In this document: positions 1-8,807 of the stretch, piece by piece
How positions within the stretch are numbered: position 1 is the first letter of the stretch
Layout of the letters: every line of letters starts with the position of its first letter
Virus record (IMG/VR): IMGVR_UViG_3300029696_000106
Span: 64,001-83,819 of that record
Source: a virus
Lineage: Duplodnaviria; Heunggongvirae; Uroviricota; Caudoviricetes
Reading direction: 5' to 3' (one strand)
DNA: 19,819 bases
The notes under the pieces: model-generated
Told to the model about the DNA's origin: nothing
The model's database searches: none
What the model saw: the letters and a program-made list of their open reading frames with translations, nothing else
Program-made: the position numbers and the translations under genes

Positions 1-652
1 CCACATGGTGACGGCGTTCACCCATGTCATTGACCACCATGCCGTTGGTGCAGACCAGACGGTATACCAGCGGCTGAATGGACACAGCTCCCAGACCGAC
101 CTCGGAGTTGGAGATCATCACACCAGCCTGGACGATATCACCCTTGCGGACTTCCATCTCCAGACGGTGGTTGACCACCTTAAGGTACAGACGGTTCTCC
201 GTCACCTCACAAGACATGACCTCGTACTGGTCGTTACCTGCAAACAGCGGAAGCACCGATGTGGCGATCTCCATGTTGTCAATGCGGCGATACCGTTCCG
301 ACAGCAGCGCACGGGCCACCTGTCCGGCACCATAGTCCATCGAGCGGACCATGTAAGAACTGGGCTTGTCGGCAAACCAGCTGTTCACATTCTCGGCCAG
401 CAGCTCCGGCTTCTGTGCCTGCATGAGATCATAATATTTGACCGGGATGCCCAGTGCCGAAGCCACTTGACGATGGAACAGTGAGGTCGTACCAAACACC
501 TCCTGCTGGCTGGTCGTAAGATGGTTGATCTCAAAAGTCTGTCCATCCTCCCGGAGGCGCATCCCCTGTGCCGGACTGATAAAGTCCTGTTTCGCCTGAT
601 TCTGACGGTTCAGTTCGACCAGGACTTCCTGCAAATTTCTTCCTGTTTTCAT
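1..652 (-). CDS. DUF932-family phage/plasmid protein (3' end outside window)
   Basis: Not in ORF track; translated by hand. ATG at 652 after GAGAGGA RBS, open to window edge: MKTGRNLQEVLVELNRQNQAKQDF...RALLSERYRRIDN...ISNSEVGLGAVSIQPLVYRLVCTNGMV. The RLVCTNG motif is typical of DUF932. Confidence 0.85.
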   Translation of the reverse strand, partial: MKTGRNLQEVLVELNRQNQAKQDFISPAQGMRLREDGQTFEINHLTTSQQEVFGTTSLFHRQVASALGIPVKYYDLMQAQKPELLAENVNSWFADKPSSYMVRSMDYGAGQVARALLSERYRRIDNMEIATSVLPLFAGNDQYEVMSCEVTENRLYLKVVNHRLEMEVRKGDIVQAGVMISNSEVGLGAVSIQPLVYRLVCTNGMVVNDMGERRHHV

Positions 653-751
653 AGCAAATTTCCTCTCTATCTCTGCGGCGCATATTTATACGCCCGTTTA
701 TGCGTCTGTGTCCTTCCGACAAAAACGCCGTGTTTTTATAACTGCAAGTGC

Positions 752-1090
752 TTATAGTTCTCGGTTGATTATCTGCCGGATGATCCGGACGGCTCCCTGC
801 ATACGTCTACGGTTCAGCCGGGTATCCTGCAAGAGCGTGTCCAGAGCGTCCAACTCTTCCCGGATGTCACAGAGCACGGACCGCTGATGGTCAGCAAGAC
901 GTTCATTGTCCTGCTCCATGCGGTCGTACTCCTTTTCATAGTCGCCAATATCCTCCACATTGGTATCGATATAGCTTTCGATCTCCCGGCGGAGTTCCTC
1001 GCCGGCATAGTCCTGCACCGCATCCAGCAGATCCCGGATGCCAAAGGGTGTCAGGAGTTTTCCGTCTTTCATTTTTAGAACGTGAGGCAT
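752..1090 (-). CDS. Hypothetical 112-aa helical/coiled-coil protein
   Basis: ATG with AGGGGGAG RBS, 12 bp after the polymerase stop; co-oriented in operon. Confidence 0.8.
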   Translation of the reverse strand: MPHVLKMKDGKLLTPFGIRDLLDAVQDYAGEELRREIESYIDTNVEDIGDYEKEYDRMEQDNERLADHQRSVLCDIREELDALDTLLQDTRLNRRRMQGAVRIIRQIINREL

Positions 1091-1102
1091 CTCGCTCCCC
1101 CT

Positions 1103-3100
1103 TTAGTCCTTGAAATAGTAGCTGCCCTTATATCCGGCAGCATTCAGAGGAAGGTCTTTGCACCACTCCGGGTTAACGGACATCAGCTTGCAGACCTCAT
1201 CCACTGTGTACCGATTCTTGGGTGCTTCGATGATGACTTCATCGTGAACGTGACCTACGATATTCAGTCCATAGCCTTCCATCCTGGCCATTGCTTCTGC
1301 CAGAATGTCACGGGCGATGGCCTGGGTTGCGTTCTCCACCAGCCGGCCGGAGTAGGTTTCCTGTCTGGCCCATTTGTGGTTTTGCACCACTCCTTCATAG
1401 GTCAGGCTCATCCTTCCGAAGCGGTTCGGCTGCAGTCTCGGCTTCAGATACGCCAGCTTTCTGCCAGAAGGAAGCAGCATCCAAAGCGTACCGGAATAAA
1501 ACTCGAACGCCAACTTGCCAATCTCCTGTCGCTTTCCGGTCTTGAACACCTGCGTTGCCGCCTTTTCCACATCCCACCAATATTGGACGATCTTTGGATT
1601 GGCTTCCCGCCAGGAATCGATGATCTCCGGCAGTTCCTCTTCTTTCAGTCCCATCTGCAGCGCACCCATGCTGATGAGTGCACCGGAAGAACCTCCATAA
1701 CCGCAGGCCAGTTCTGCCACCTTACCTTTCTGCCGAAGTTCGCCATTGATGCCGTGCTTGACGACCGGAACATGGAACATCTGGCTGGCAGAGGCACAAT
1801 AGATGTCTTTGCCTTCCAGAAAGGCTTCCAGCCGCCAGTCCTCCCCAGCTTCCCATGCAAGCACACGGGCTTCGATGGCGGAGAAGTCAGCCACGATAAA
1901 CTCACAGCCTTCTTTTGGAATCAGCATGGTTCGGATCAACTGAGAGAGCACATCCGGGGTGTTTCCATAGATGGTTTCGACCATATCGAAACAGCCCAGC
2001 TTCACCAGTTCCCGTGCTTCGTCCAGCGTGGAGATATGGTTCTGGGGCAGATTCTGCAACTGGATATTCCGGCCGGAATAACGACCAGTGCGGCTGGCTC
2101 CATAGAACTGGAACAGTCCTCTGGCCCTGCCATCTGAGCAGACACAACGTTCCGCAGCCTGATATTTTTTCACAGAGCTTTTTGCCATCTGTAGCCGGAG
2201 TTTCAGCATATCCATTGCCTCGGCATCCACGCCGTTTTTGTCCAGTTCTGCGATCATCTGGGCTACATCCTTTTTGCCCAGCGTGTCCATTGGGATGCCG
2301 CGCTCATCCAGCCATGCTTTCAGCTGTGACACAGAGTTCGGATTTTCCAGCCCGGTCAGCTCATAGGCTTTCTTACTCATAGCGTCCGAGAGCATCAGAT
2401 CACAGGCAATGGCCTGCTGCACCAGCTCCGTGTCAATCTTCACGCCGCGGTCATTGATACGCTCATTAACCCGATAATGCTTCCACTCCTGCTCCGGCAT
2501 CGGGAATTTCTTCAGCCTCTTATAAATGTCCACCTCGGTGTTGACATCCTGAATGCAGTAATACTTAAACTTCTCCCAGTCAGCAGGGTAATGCTCCGGA
2601 AGATTCCGGGTACGCATCCCATTACTCTTCGTTGGCTTACAGGGCATGGAAAACAGCTTGATCAGCCGCTCGCCTTCCTTGTCTTTCTGCTGGCAGGTCT
2701 TCAGCACGGTGCCAACATCCTTTAGAGCCATTGGCAGAGTCAGCGATGCCGCCATAACCATCGTGCAGATCCAGCTGTCCGGCGACAGGAACTCTCCGGG
2801 TTTCAGGTACTGTCCCGGCAGATGTCTTTGCAGATGCACGGAAAAACAGACCCGCTCAAAGGAAGCATTGTGGGCAATCAGGCGCACATTTCCAGACTGG
2901 AAATCCTCCAGCAGTTCTTTGGGGAGCGGTTCTCCTGATGCAAGGTCTGCACATCTGGTTTCTCCAAAACCTTCCCCTTCATCGGTCGCCCAGGCTACCA
3001 GCAGGATCTCAAAGCTGGGATCTGTGGCATAGCGGTACAGGCCGCATTTTCCGATATCCACCTCGCTGTAGGTCTCAATATCGATCAGCGTTTCTTTCAA
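1103..3100 (-). CDS. Phage-type family A DNA polymerase with 3'-5' exonuclease domain
   Basis: Exo motifs DIET, HNASFE, YCIQDV; motif A ADFSAIEARVLA, motif B RQKGKVAELACGYG, motif C HVHDEV. Start moved to TTG at 3100 (GAGGTGA RBS); track start 3157 lies in a terminator hairpin. Confidence 0.95.
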   Translation of the reverse strand: MKETLIDIETYSEVDIGKCGLYRYATDPSFEILLVAWATDEGEGFGETRCADLASGEPLPKELLEDFQSGNVRLIAHNASFERVCFSVHLQRHLPGQYLKPGEFLSPDSWICTMVMAASLTLPMALKDVGTVLKTCQQKDKEGERLIKLFSMPCKPTKSNGMRTRNLPEHYPADWEKFKYYCIQDVNTEVDIYKRLKKFPMPEQEWKHYRVNERINDRGVKIDTELVQQAIACDLMLSDAMSKKAYELTGLENPNSVSQLKAWLDERGIPMDTLGKKDVAQMIAELDKNGVDAEAMDMLKLRLQMAKSSVKKYQAAERCVCSDGRARGLFQFYGASRTGRYSGRNIQLQNLPQNHISTLDEARELVKLGCFDMVETIYGNTPDVLSQLIRTMLIPKEGCEFIVADFSAIEARVLAWEAGEDWRLEAFLEGKDIYCASASQMFHVPVVKHGINGELRQKGKVAELACGYGGSSGALISMGALQMGLKEEELPEIIDSWREANPKIVQYWWDVEKAATQVFKTGKRQEIGKLAFEFYSGTLWMLLPSGRKLAYLKPRLQPNRFGRMSLTYEGVVQNHKWARQETYSGRLVENATQAIARDILAEAMARMEGYGLNIVGHVHDEVIIEAPKNRYTVDEVCKLMSVNPEWCKDLPLNAAGYKGSYYFKD

Positions 3101-3122
3101 ATATCTCACCTCTATTCGATGT

Positions 3123-3155
3123 AAAAAGCCGGAGGACACCCTGACATCCCCCGGC
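3123..3155 (-). terminator. Intrinsic terminator between SSB and polymerase genes
   Basis: Minus strand GCCGGGGGATGTC-AGG-GTGTCCTCCGGC followed by TTTTT. Confidence 0.7.
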
Positions 3156-3178
3156 ACGGTTACTTATCTGTGTTTCTC

Positions 3179-3763
3179 TTAGCGAAGGTAATCCGGCAAT
3201 TCCTCACCGGCATCGCCGCCCAGAACATCCTCATCGTCCAGCGCGTCAAAATCAGACTCTGCCGATGCCTTGCCGGACAAACGCTCACCATCCTTGACGA
3301 ACTGTACGTTCCCCAAACCAGCAGCCACGCCGCGGTTGCCGTTGGCGTTAAAAGCGTAGAAGTTCACGCTGACGTTGCAGTAACAGCCGGAGTAGACCAT
3401 CATCGGGTCTGTCACAGGCTGGACATGACGGTCCACGACCTGCGGTGCATCCTTGCTGGAGGCATTCACAAAGAAATGCTCCTGATAGTTCTCATCGTCC
3501 GGACGATCGATGTCGCCATCACGCAGAGGCAGCTTCAGGTTCGGCGGGATCTTACCGCCCCACTTACGGGTCTTGCCATCCTCCTTGGCGGCCTCCACTG
3601 CCTTGTGGATCGCCAGCAGGGTCTTCTTGTCCTCCTTCGGGATCAGGCAGGAAACGGAATACTTAGCCTCGCCGCCGTTGATACTCTTCGGTTCAAAGAT
3701 GTTTGCAAAAGAGATACGGCACGGAATCACGACCTTAGTTGCACTGGAAATCTTGTTAGCCAT
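3179..3763 (-). CDS. DUF2815-family single-stranded DNA-binding protein (T7 gp2.5-like)
   Basis: RISFANIFEPKSINGGEAKYSVSCLIPK, PLRDGD, YSGCY, GNRGVAAGLGNVQ, acidic C-terminal tail; GGAGG RBS; adjacent to polymerase. Confidence 0.9.
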   Translation of the reverse strand: MANKISSATKVVIPCRISFANIFEPKSINGGEAKYSVSCLIPKEDKKTLLAIHKAVEAAKEDGKTRKWGGKIPPNLKLPLRDGDIDRPDDENYQEHFFVNASSKDAPQVVDRHVQPVTDPMMVYSGCYCNVSVNFYAFNANGNRGVAAGLGNVQFVKDGERLSGKASAESDFDALDDEDVLGGDAGEELPDYLR

Positions 3764-3808
3764 AATAAAAATCCTCCATCAATCTGTTTTTGTGTATTGC
3801 TGCTGCCC

Positions 3809-5032
3809 TCAGTCGAGGACAGCAAATTCATCTTCCGCAGTCTGCAGATCGACTGCCTCTCTGAGGTCCGAATCCGGGACAAGTGCCAGCTTACCGGGCG
3901 GCTTGACTACATACTCTCCCAGAATCTCCTGGAACTTTTTCTTCCCCATGAGCTTTTCAAAGGCTGTCAGGGAGATCAGCTCCGTCTTATAAATATCGGT
4001 GTATCCGGCCTTCTCTGCAGCGGCTACCACCGATTTCGTATCAAGGAACTGCCGCTTGCTCCTGCCCTCGACCACCTTATACCCATCCCAGCTGACACCA
4101 TGATTGATGGCCTCCGAACTGACATAGGCAAAGATAGCTTCGATCCAGGACTCGATACGGTTCAGGGTCGGCAGCATCTTCTCAATGTCTGTCTTGGAAA
4201 GCAGTGCCGGGGATTTAAAGGTCGGCACGGAGGTGTCCGGGTCAAAGGATGCTGTCGCATCTGTTTCCTCGGTTTCATCCTCCAGCACGCCGGCATCCAG
4301 ATCCAGAAACTCTTCTTTCACCAGAGCCATTGCTTCATCGGCACAGGCTTTGCAGGAAGTTCTGGCACGGCAGAACCGACACCAGTCTCCGGGAACCTGC
4401 TCGCCTTTTCCTTCAAAGGCCAGCTTTGCCCTCGGTCTGACATAGGTCTCTGCCCAGTCCAGCAGTTCCTCCACACTGCATTCAAACGTCGAGATATTTT
4501 CCAGTCTCGGCTGGATAATGGTCATGGACACCTTTTTGATGCTGTACAGATATCCGTAGGCGTGGTAAGCACCCAGGGCATACAGCATCATCTGCGGATT
4601 ATGGTCACAGTTTACGAACACGCCCTTGCCGTTCTTGTAGTCCATGACATAAAGCGTACCGTCTGCAATGATCACGCAGTCGCCGGTACCAAAGCCGGAT
4701 GGAACAAGATAGCTGTAATCCAGCCGCTCCTCCACCATGACCAGCGGATGCGGACAGGTCTCCTTGATGCGCTCCACTGTGGAAATGATGAACTCCGCAT
4801 AGATATCCGTGTTCGCTTCCATCTCCTCATCCTCATATTCAGAGGTTGGACGCTTCACCCGTTCATGCAGATATTTCCGCAGCTTGTACTCGCCCAGCGC
4901 ATGGGCAGCAGTTCCCTCCTCGGCGTACACCGAGGATTCATTTGGAAAGTTCTGCTCCAGCCTTGCAGATGGCGTACAGTTCAGCCACCTCTTCGAGCTG
5001 GAAGCAGAAAGGATTGCATGTACTTCCGGCAT
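3809..5032 (-). CDS. DUF2800-family PD-(D/E)xK (Cas4/RecB-like) nuclease
   Basis: HAILSASSSKRWLNCTPS, EEGTAAH, GTGDCVI, DYKNG, QMMLYALG, WCRFC-x5-C (1+3 Cys layout as in Fe-S RecB-family nucleases); GGGAGG RBS. Confidence 0.9.
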   Translation of the reverse strand: MPEVHAILSASSSKRWLNCTPSARLEQNFPNESSVYAEEGTAAHALGEYKLRKYLHERVKRPTSEYEDEEMEANTDIYAEFIISTVERIKETCPHPLVMVEERLDYSYLVPSGFGTGDCVIIADGTLYVMDYKNGKGVFVNCDHNPQMMLYALGAYHAYGYLYSIKKVSMTIIQPRLENISTFECSVEELLDWAETYVRPRAKLAFEGKGEQVPGDWCRFCRARTSCKACADEAMALVKEEFLDLDAGVLEDETEETDATASFDPDTSVPTFKSPALLSKTDIEKMLPTLNRIESWIEAIFAYVSSEAINHGVSWDGYKVVEGRSKRQFLDTKSVVAAAEKAGYTDIYKTELISLTAFEKLMGKKKFQEILGEYVVKPPGKLALVPDSDLREAVDLQTAEDEFAVLD

Positions 5033-5043
5033 GATGACCTCCC

Positions 5044-5691
5044 TTAAATCTGGGAGACATCTGCCAGAAATGCTTCGTACTTCTCTGCAGGCAGGTCAGA
5101 CAGCTGGGCCACACCGTAGGTCTTCAGAAGCTGACCGATCTTCTCGTTGTTATCACGCTTCTTCTTGATCTTGGCGACAATGACCGCCGTTATCTCGTCC
5201 TTGGTGATCGTCACTGCAGACTGTGTTTCTGCTTTGGCAACAGGCTTGTCCGTGGCTTTATCAGACAATGCTTCTTTCTGGCCGGTATCTTCTTCCCACG
5301 GCAGCGCATCCGCATCGTCCACCGGATGCTCACTCTCTGCAGTTTCTGAGCTCTCGGAGTTCACTGCTTCCTCTGCCTCGCCAAAATCTTCTACCACAGG
5401 CACCTCTGCGGCTTCCTCGATGGCCGAAGGAGCCGCCTCTTCCACCTTTTTGGTTTTCTTGACCGGCTTCTTACGGGGATGCGAAACCGCCGGGCCTTTC
5501 TTTTCTGTTACGGGCAATACCGGCTGTTCTGCCACCGGAAGCTCCGGCTCATCCTCCGTCTTTGCATCTGCTGCCAGCATATCCAGCTGCTCGGATACAC
5601 CCGCAAACATCTGTGCCAGACCGTCAAAGACCTCGACCAGACCATCCACAACTTTCTTCGGAGCATTCAAGACATTCAGTTCATCCATCAT
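5044..5691 (-). CDS. Acidic low-complexity phage protein with small C-terminal helical domain
   Basis: GGAGG RBS, 4-bp overlap with upstream stop. C-terminus (LLKTYGVAQLSDLPAEKYEAFLAD) resembles the protein usually found just upstream of DUF2800. Confidence 0.8.
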   Translation of the reverse strand: MMDELNVLNAPKKVVDGLVEVFDGLAQMFAGVSEQLDMLAADAKTEDEPELPVAEQPVLPVTEKKGPAVSHPRKKPVKKTKKVEEAAPSAIEEAAEVPVVEDFGEAEEAVNSESSETAESEHPVDDADALPWEEDTGQKEALSDKATDKPVAKAETQSAVTITKDEITAVIVAKIKKKRDNNEKIGQLLKTYGVAQLSDLPAEKYEAFLADVSQI

Positions 5692-6110
5692 GCGTTTTCC
5701 TCCTCTCCGTTTTCTTCCTCCTCACCCCACAGGTCATCCAGATAATCGGCCTGTGCCTTCAGGACTGCCAGAATGACCTTCTCACACAGACCGGTTTCCT
5801 TATGGATGCGATCCAGCATCTCATCAAAGTCGATGTCCTCTGCCGGGTCGTCTGCCTCAGCATCCGGCTCCTGACCGAAGCCGTAGTTGTAAGAGGTCAT
5901 GCGCTCATCCATGTGGAGATGCAGGTTCTCGATGTTAATGGAAAGGAGTGGAGCACCAAGCGGGCGTGCCGGCATCGGCTTGTCCTGCTTCTGAGCTTTC
6001 TTTTCTTCCTCTGCCTTGACAGGAAACGGAACCTTTACCACCTTGGCGTCCTTCAGCATCTCGCCGATCATTTCCTCCAGAGTCATGCTCTTCTCGTTCT
6101 TATTCTCCAT
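5688..6110 (-). CDS. Hypothetical acidic protein, 140 aa
   Basis: ATG at 6110 after GAGGA, overlapping the upstream stop; its stop overlaps the next ATG (translational coupling). Confidence 0.75.
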   Translation of the reverse strand: MENKNEKSMTLEEMIGEMLKDAKVVKVPFPVKAEEEKKAQKQDKPMPARPLGAPLLSINIENLHLHMDERMTSYNYGFGQEPDAEADDPAEDIDFDEMLDRIHKETGLCEKVILAVLKAQADYLDDLWGEEEENGEEENA

Positions 6111-6657
6111 TGTCTTCCTCACTTTCTGCAGCTTCCTGCTGCCCTTCTGTTTTCTTATCATCCAACGGCACATGGTACTGTTCTGAAATGTTTTTCAAAA
6201 GCAGTTCAACCACACGCCCCGGCTCCGGGAGATTCCGGACCTTTTTCTGCAACTCATGGGCTCTCTTGATTTCGGCAGCCATGCCTTCCGACACGGTACT
6301 CCCAAACACCCAGAGTTCATCTGCCTCCTCCAGCCATTGCATTCCAAGCTGAATGCCGGTATTTCGTTCCTGCTTCTCCTCATCCTTTAAGAACTGGGTA
6401 AAATACAGGTGCGGTGCCAGTGGCAGAAAGCCCAGTGTGGAAAGAATCCGACAGGCCATCTTTGCTCTGCGGATGTTTGCTTCCAGTTCATCTTTTCTGC
6501 ACTTCTCGTCCTGTGAAGTAGGGCGATACGGTGAGCAGACGAAAATTTTTCTTGGCAGGTGTTCTTCCTGCGGTGCACTGCCGGGTGGACGGGCCTCCTT
6601 CGCATTTTCTAACTGGGCTGTTTTCTTTGCAGCTTCATTCATGCTTACTGCACTCAT
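6100..6657 (-). CDS. DUF4406/DUF7768-like (nucleoside deoxyribosyltransferase-like fold) protein
   Basis: KIFVCSPY...PLAPHLYFTQFL...ADELWVFG..SEGM..EI signature; ATG at 6657 after AGGAGG. Confidence 0.8.
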   Translation of the reverse strand: MSAVSMNEAAKKTAQLENAKEARPPGSAPQEEHLPRKIFVCSPYRPTSQDEKCRKDELEANIRRAKMACRILSTLGFLPLAPHLYFTQFLKDEEKQERNTGIQLGMQWLEEADELWVFGSTVSEGMAAEIKRAHELQKKVRNLPEPGRVVELLLKNISEQYHVPLDDKKTEGQQEAAESEEDNGE

Positions 6658-6751
6658 AAGTTCTGACCTCCTGTTCATGTACTTGAGAAGTAACCCTCTC
6701 ACTATGAACATCTTTTTGAGCCTTTTAACAGACACTTTTCTAAAAACTTTT

Positions 6752-7507
6752 TTAGAAATTTTTTCTCAGCCTTTTTACCGCCTGATTCATGATCCGGTTA
6801 ACCGACTGCTGGCAGATGCCAAGTTCTTCTGCAATCTCGTATTGATTCATACCTTTATAAAAGTAAAGCTGAAGGATCTCCGACTGGCGCTCAGTCAGCT
6901 TGCTCATGGCTGCATACAGGCGGCGAAGTTCCCGGTCTGCCAACATCTCGGCATTATCCTCATCCAAAAAATCCACCATGACAGCTGCCGACCAGTCGGA
7001 GCCATCACATTCCAGGGACACATTTTCAGTCTCAGCAGTACGGTTATTCCGATTGTGCTCCATCCGGCGTTCCCCTTCCATGAGCAGACGAACGCTCCAC
7101 TCGGTCTCCTCAAAAGTCTCAGCCGGCACTACCTGATATGTACCATCTGTAAAGTCATAACGGTAATCACCACAGCGATCCACTGCAATGACCGTGTGTG
7201 CGTCATCCATCTCGTAGACCGCATAGCCGTTCTGGTAAACGGTCAGGGAAGCATCATCCACGGTTGTCTGTGCAACAGCCATCGGTTTCATCTCCATCAG
7301 TGCCTTGAAACTCGGCAGCTTCTTTTCCACCACTGCGTCAATCTTTTCCTTTAACTCATGTAAGGTGATATGCGCGTTCTCTGCGATATCTGCGGCGATA
7401 TGTCCTGCATCCTGTACCGCTTTCTCCACCATCTGCGGCTGGCGAACCTCCATCACACCAACGCCACCATTGATTGCAACTGCTCCAGTCATCATGTTCA
7501 TCATCAT
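6752..7507 (-). CDS. Sigma-70 region 4 HTH-containing regulator (sigma-factor-like)
   Basis: C-terminal LTERQSEILQLYFYKGMNQYEIAEELGICQQSVNRIMNQAVKRLRK. ATG at 7507 after AAGGA; the track's N-terminal extension runs through a structured leader. Confidence 0.85.
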   Translation of the reverse strand: MMMNMMTGAVAINGGVGVMEVRQPQMVEKAVQDAGHIAADIAENAHITLHELKEKIDAVVEKKLPSFKALMEMKPMAVAQTTVDDASLTVYQNGYAVYEMDDAHTVIAVDRCGDYRYDFTDGTYQVVPAETFEETEWSVRLLMEGERRMEHNRNNRTAETENVSLECDGSDWSAAVMVDFLDEDNAEMLADRELRRLYAAMSKLTERQSEILQLYFYKGMNQYEIAEELGICQQSVNRIMNQAVKRLRKNF

Positions 7508-7598
7508 TGTTTTGTCCTTTCCCCCGGACTCTGAAAGGGAAAGATACCGAAGCAGGATGCTGATGAGGCACTGATCTATCTGGCAGGAGCATAAAACC

Positions 7599-7721
7599 AA
7601 AAAAGCCCGATTCCAGAGACAGCAGGAATAATCCCAACCGCACACCTCCCCAGCCAGCAAATAAATCGCTGTTCTGTGAAGTTCTGCTATGGTATCCTTC
7701 GCCTGCTCTAGAATCGGGCTT
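7599..7721 (-). terminator. Long-stem leader terminator/attenuator H1 upstream of the sigma-like gene
   Basis: AAGCCCGATTCTAGAG (7721-7706) pairs with CTCTGGAATCGGGCTT (7618-7603); one G-U pair valid only on the minus strand; followed by a U tract. Confidence 0.65.
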
Positions 7722-7796
7722 ACGATATTTTCTTTATTTGTCCGGGGCTTGCGACAGATGCTTTCATTTGACTCTGTGGGCTTGTCCCTTGGACTG

Positions 7797-7868
7797 ATTA
7801 TATGATAACAAAATGACCGGGACTTGCAGATGGTACGCTTCCCACACTTCTGTGGGAAATTTCCCACA
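7797..7868 (-). promoter_or_regulatory. Probable promoter of the replication operon with upstream palindromic operator
   Basis: TG-T-TATCAT overlapping TATAAT at 7810-7797. Perfect 18-bp palindrome TGTGGGAAATTTCCCACA at 7851-7868 plus a third half-site at 7839-7846. Confidence 0.6.
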
Positions 7869-7892
7869 TTTCATCACAGTCTGGAAAATAGC

Positions 7893-7928
7893 AAAAAAAA
7901 TCCGCACAGCCATCTCGACTGCACGGAT
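7893..7928 (-). terminator. Intrinsic terminator of XRE gene
   Basis: ATCCGTGCAGTC-GAGAT-GGCTGTGCGGAT then TTTTTTT directly at the stop codon. Confidence 0.8.
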
Positions 7929-8272
7929 CACGATGCCATTGATTGTTGTAAGAATAAGGCATCCATCATTTTGTCTATCATCTCTTGATTTTGGGAATTT
8001 AGCCTTTCATATCTTTCTATATGCTGCTCGTTTTTCTCAGGAGGCTCATCCTCATCATCGAGCAGCTGTTCCGTTGAAACATCTAATGCTTTCGCAAACC
8101 GCTTCAGCATCTTAAATCCCATTTCGCCATTTTGACCGCTCTCATATTTGGAAATCTCGGCGCGATCAATGTCTACGACTTCGCTTAGCTTGCTCTGTGT
8201 CCATTTTTTCAGCATTCGATATTTTTTGATGTTCTGTCCGAGGATATACTCCTCGCTATGTACATTGATCAC
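7928..8272 (-). CDS. XRE-family (Cro/CI) HTH transcriptional regulator
   Basis: LGQNIKKYRMLKKWTQSKLSEVVDIDRAEISKYESG...RFAKALDVSTEQLL; GTG at 8272 is 8 nt after AGGAGG. Confidence 0.9.
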   Translation of the reverse strand: MINVHSEEYILGQNIKKYRMLKKWTQSKLSEVVDIDRAEISKYESGQNGEMGFKMLKRFAKALDVSTEQLLDDEDEPPEKNEQHIERYERLNSQNQEMIDKMMDALFLQQSMAS

Positions 8273-8433
8273 GCCAGACACCTCCTTCCTCTTTTGTGGT
8301 CTTACTTTATAATATCCTTTTTATGTCATTTTCGACATGGAGACTCACTGTGTATTTCGCCTTGAAATCTACAGTTTCACTACTACTTTCTGCCGAAAAT
8401 AGGTACTCGTACTCTCTTTGCCCCTAAAACGAC

Positions 8434-8507
8434 AAAAAGACCGGAGCAAATAAAGTTACAAGCGTGTCGAACTCTGCGAAACTTGTCTCTTTATTTACTC
8501 CGGTCTT
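8434..8507 (-). terminator. Long-stem terminator/attenuator H2
   Basis: 19-bp stem AAGACCGGAGTAAATAAAG / CTTTATTTGCTCCGGTCTT (one G-U on minus strand), inner ACAAG/CTTGT, then U tract. Confidence 0.7.
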
Positions 8508-8807
8508 ATAGATTCTATTGCCTATATGTACCGGCGTGTACCAGATTGATAGTTAATCCCAACCTACGAACAAGCGCACTTCGACCCAACATACTAGTAA
8601 ACATCATCCGTATTGCGACTGTCCGTTTCAAATTCTAGCCGCGATTCATCTAAATAAAAATTATCTTTACTAAATATGTAATAAGTACCTTGTTCAACAT
8701 CCAGATTCTTACTGGATGGAACGGTCAACTAACTATTTTCTGGCACACCTCCTATTGTCTATTTATTTTCTCTATTTATCATCTCACCACGATTTGTGGT
8801 AATTTTT

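Noticed and set aside
5..757. Track ORFs 5-484, 78-335, 521-757, 531-722
   Set aside because: They overlap the DUF932 frame, which has an RBS and a family motif.
3809..5032. Cas4-like gene as sign of CRISPR-Cas
   Set aside because: No other cas genes or repeat-spacer array seen; context is a replication module.
1082..5047. Long plus-strand ORFs (351 aa at 1082-2137, 625 aa at 3170-5047)
   Set aside because: Antisense shadows of well-supported minus-strand genes; no RBS or motifs.
7508..7867. 120-aa N-terminal extension of the sigma-like ORF
   Set aside because: Runs through promoter, operator and terminator; RBS supports 7507.
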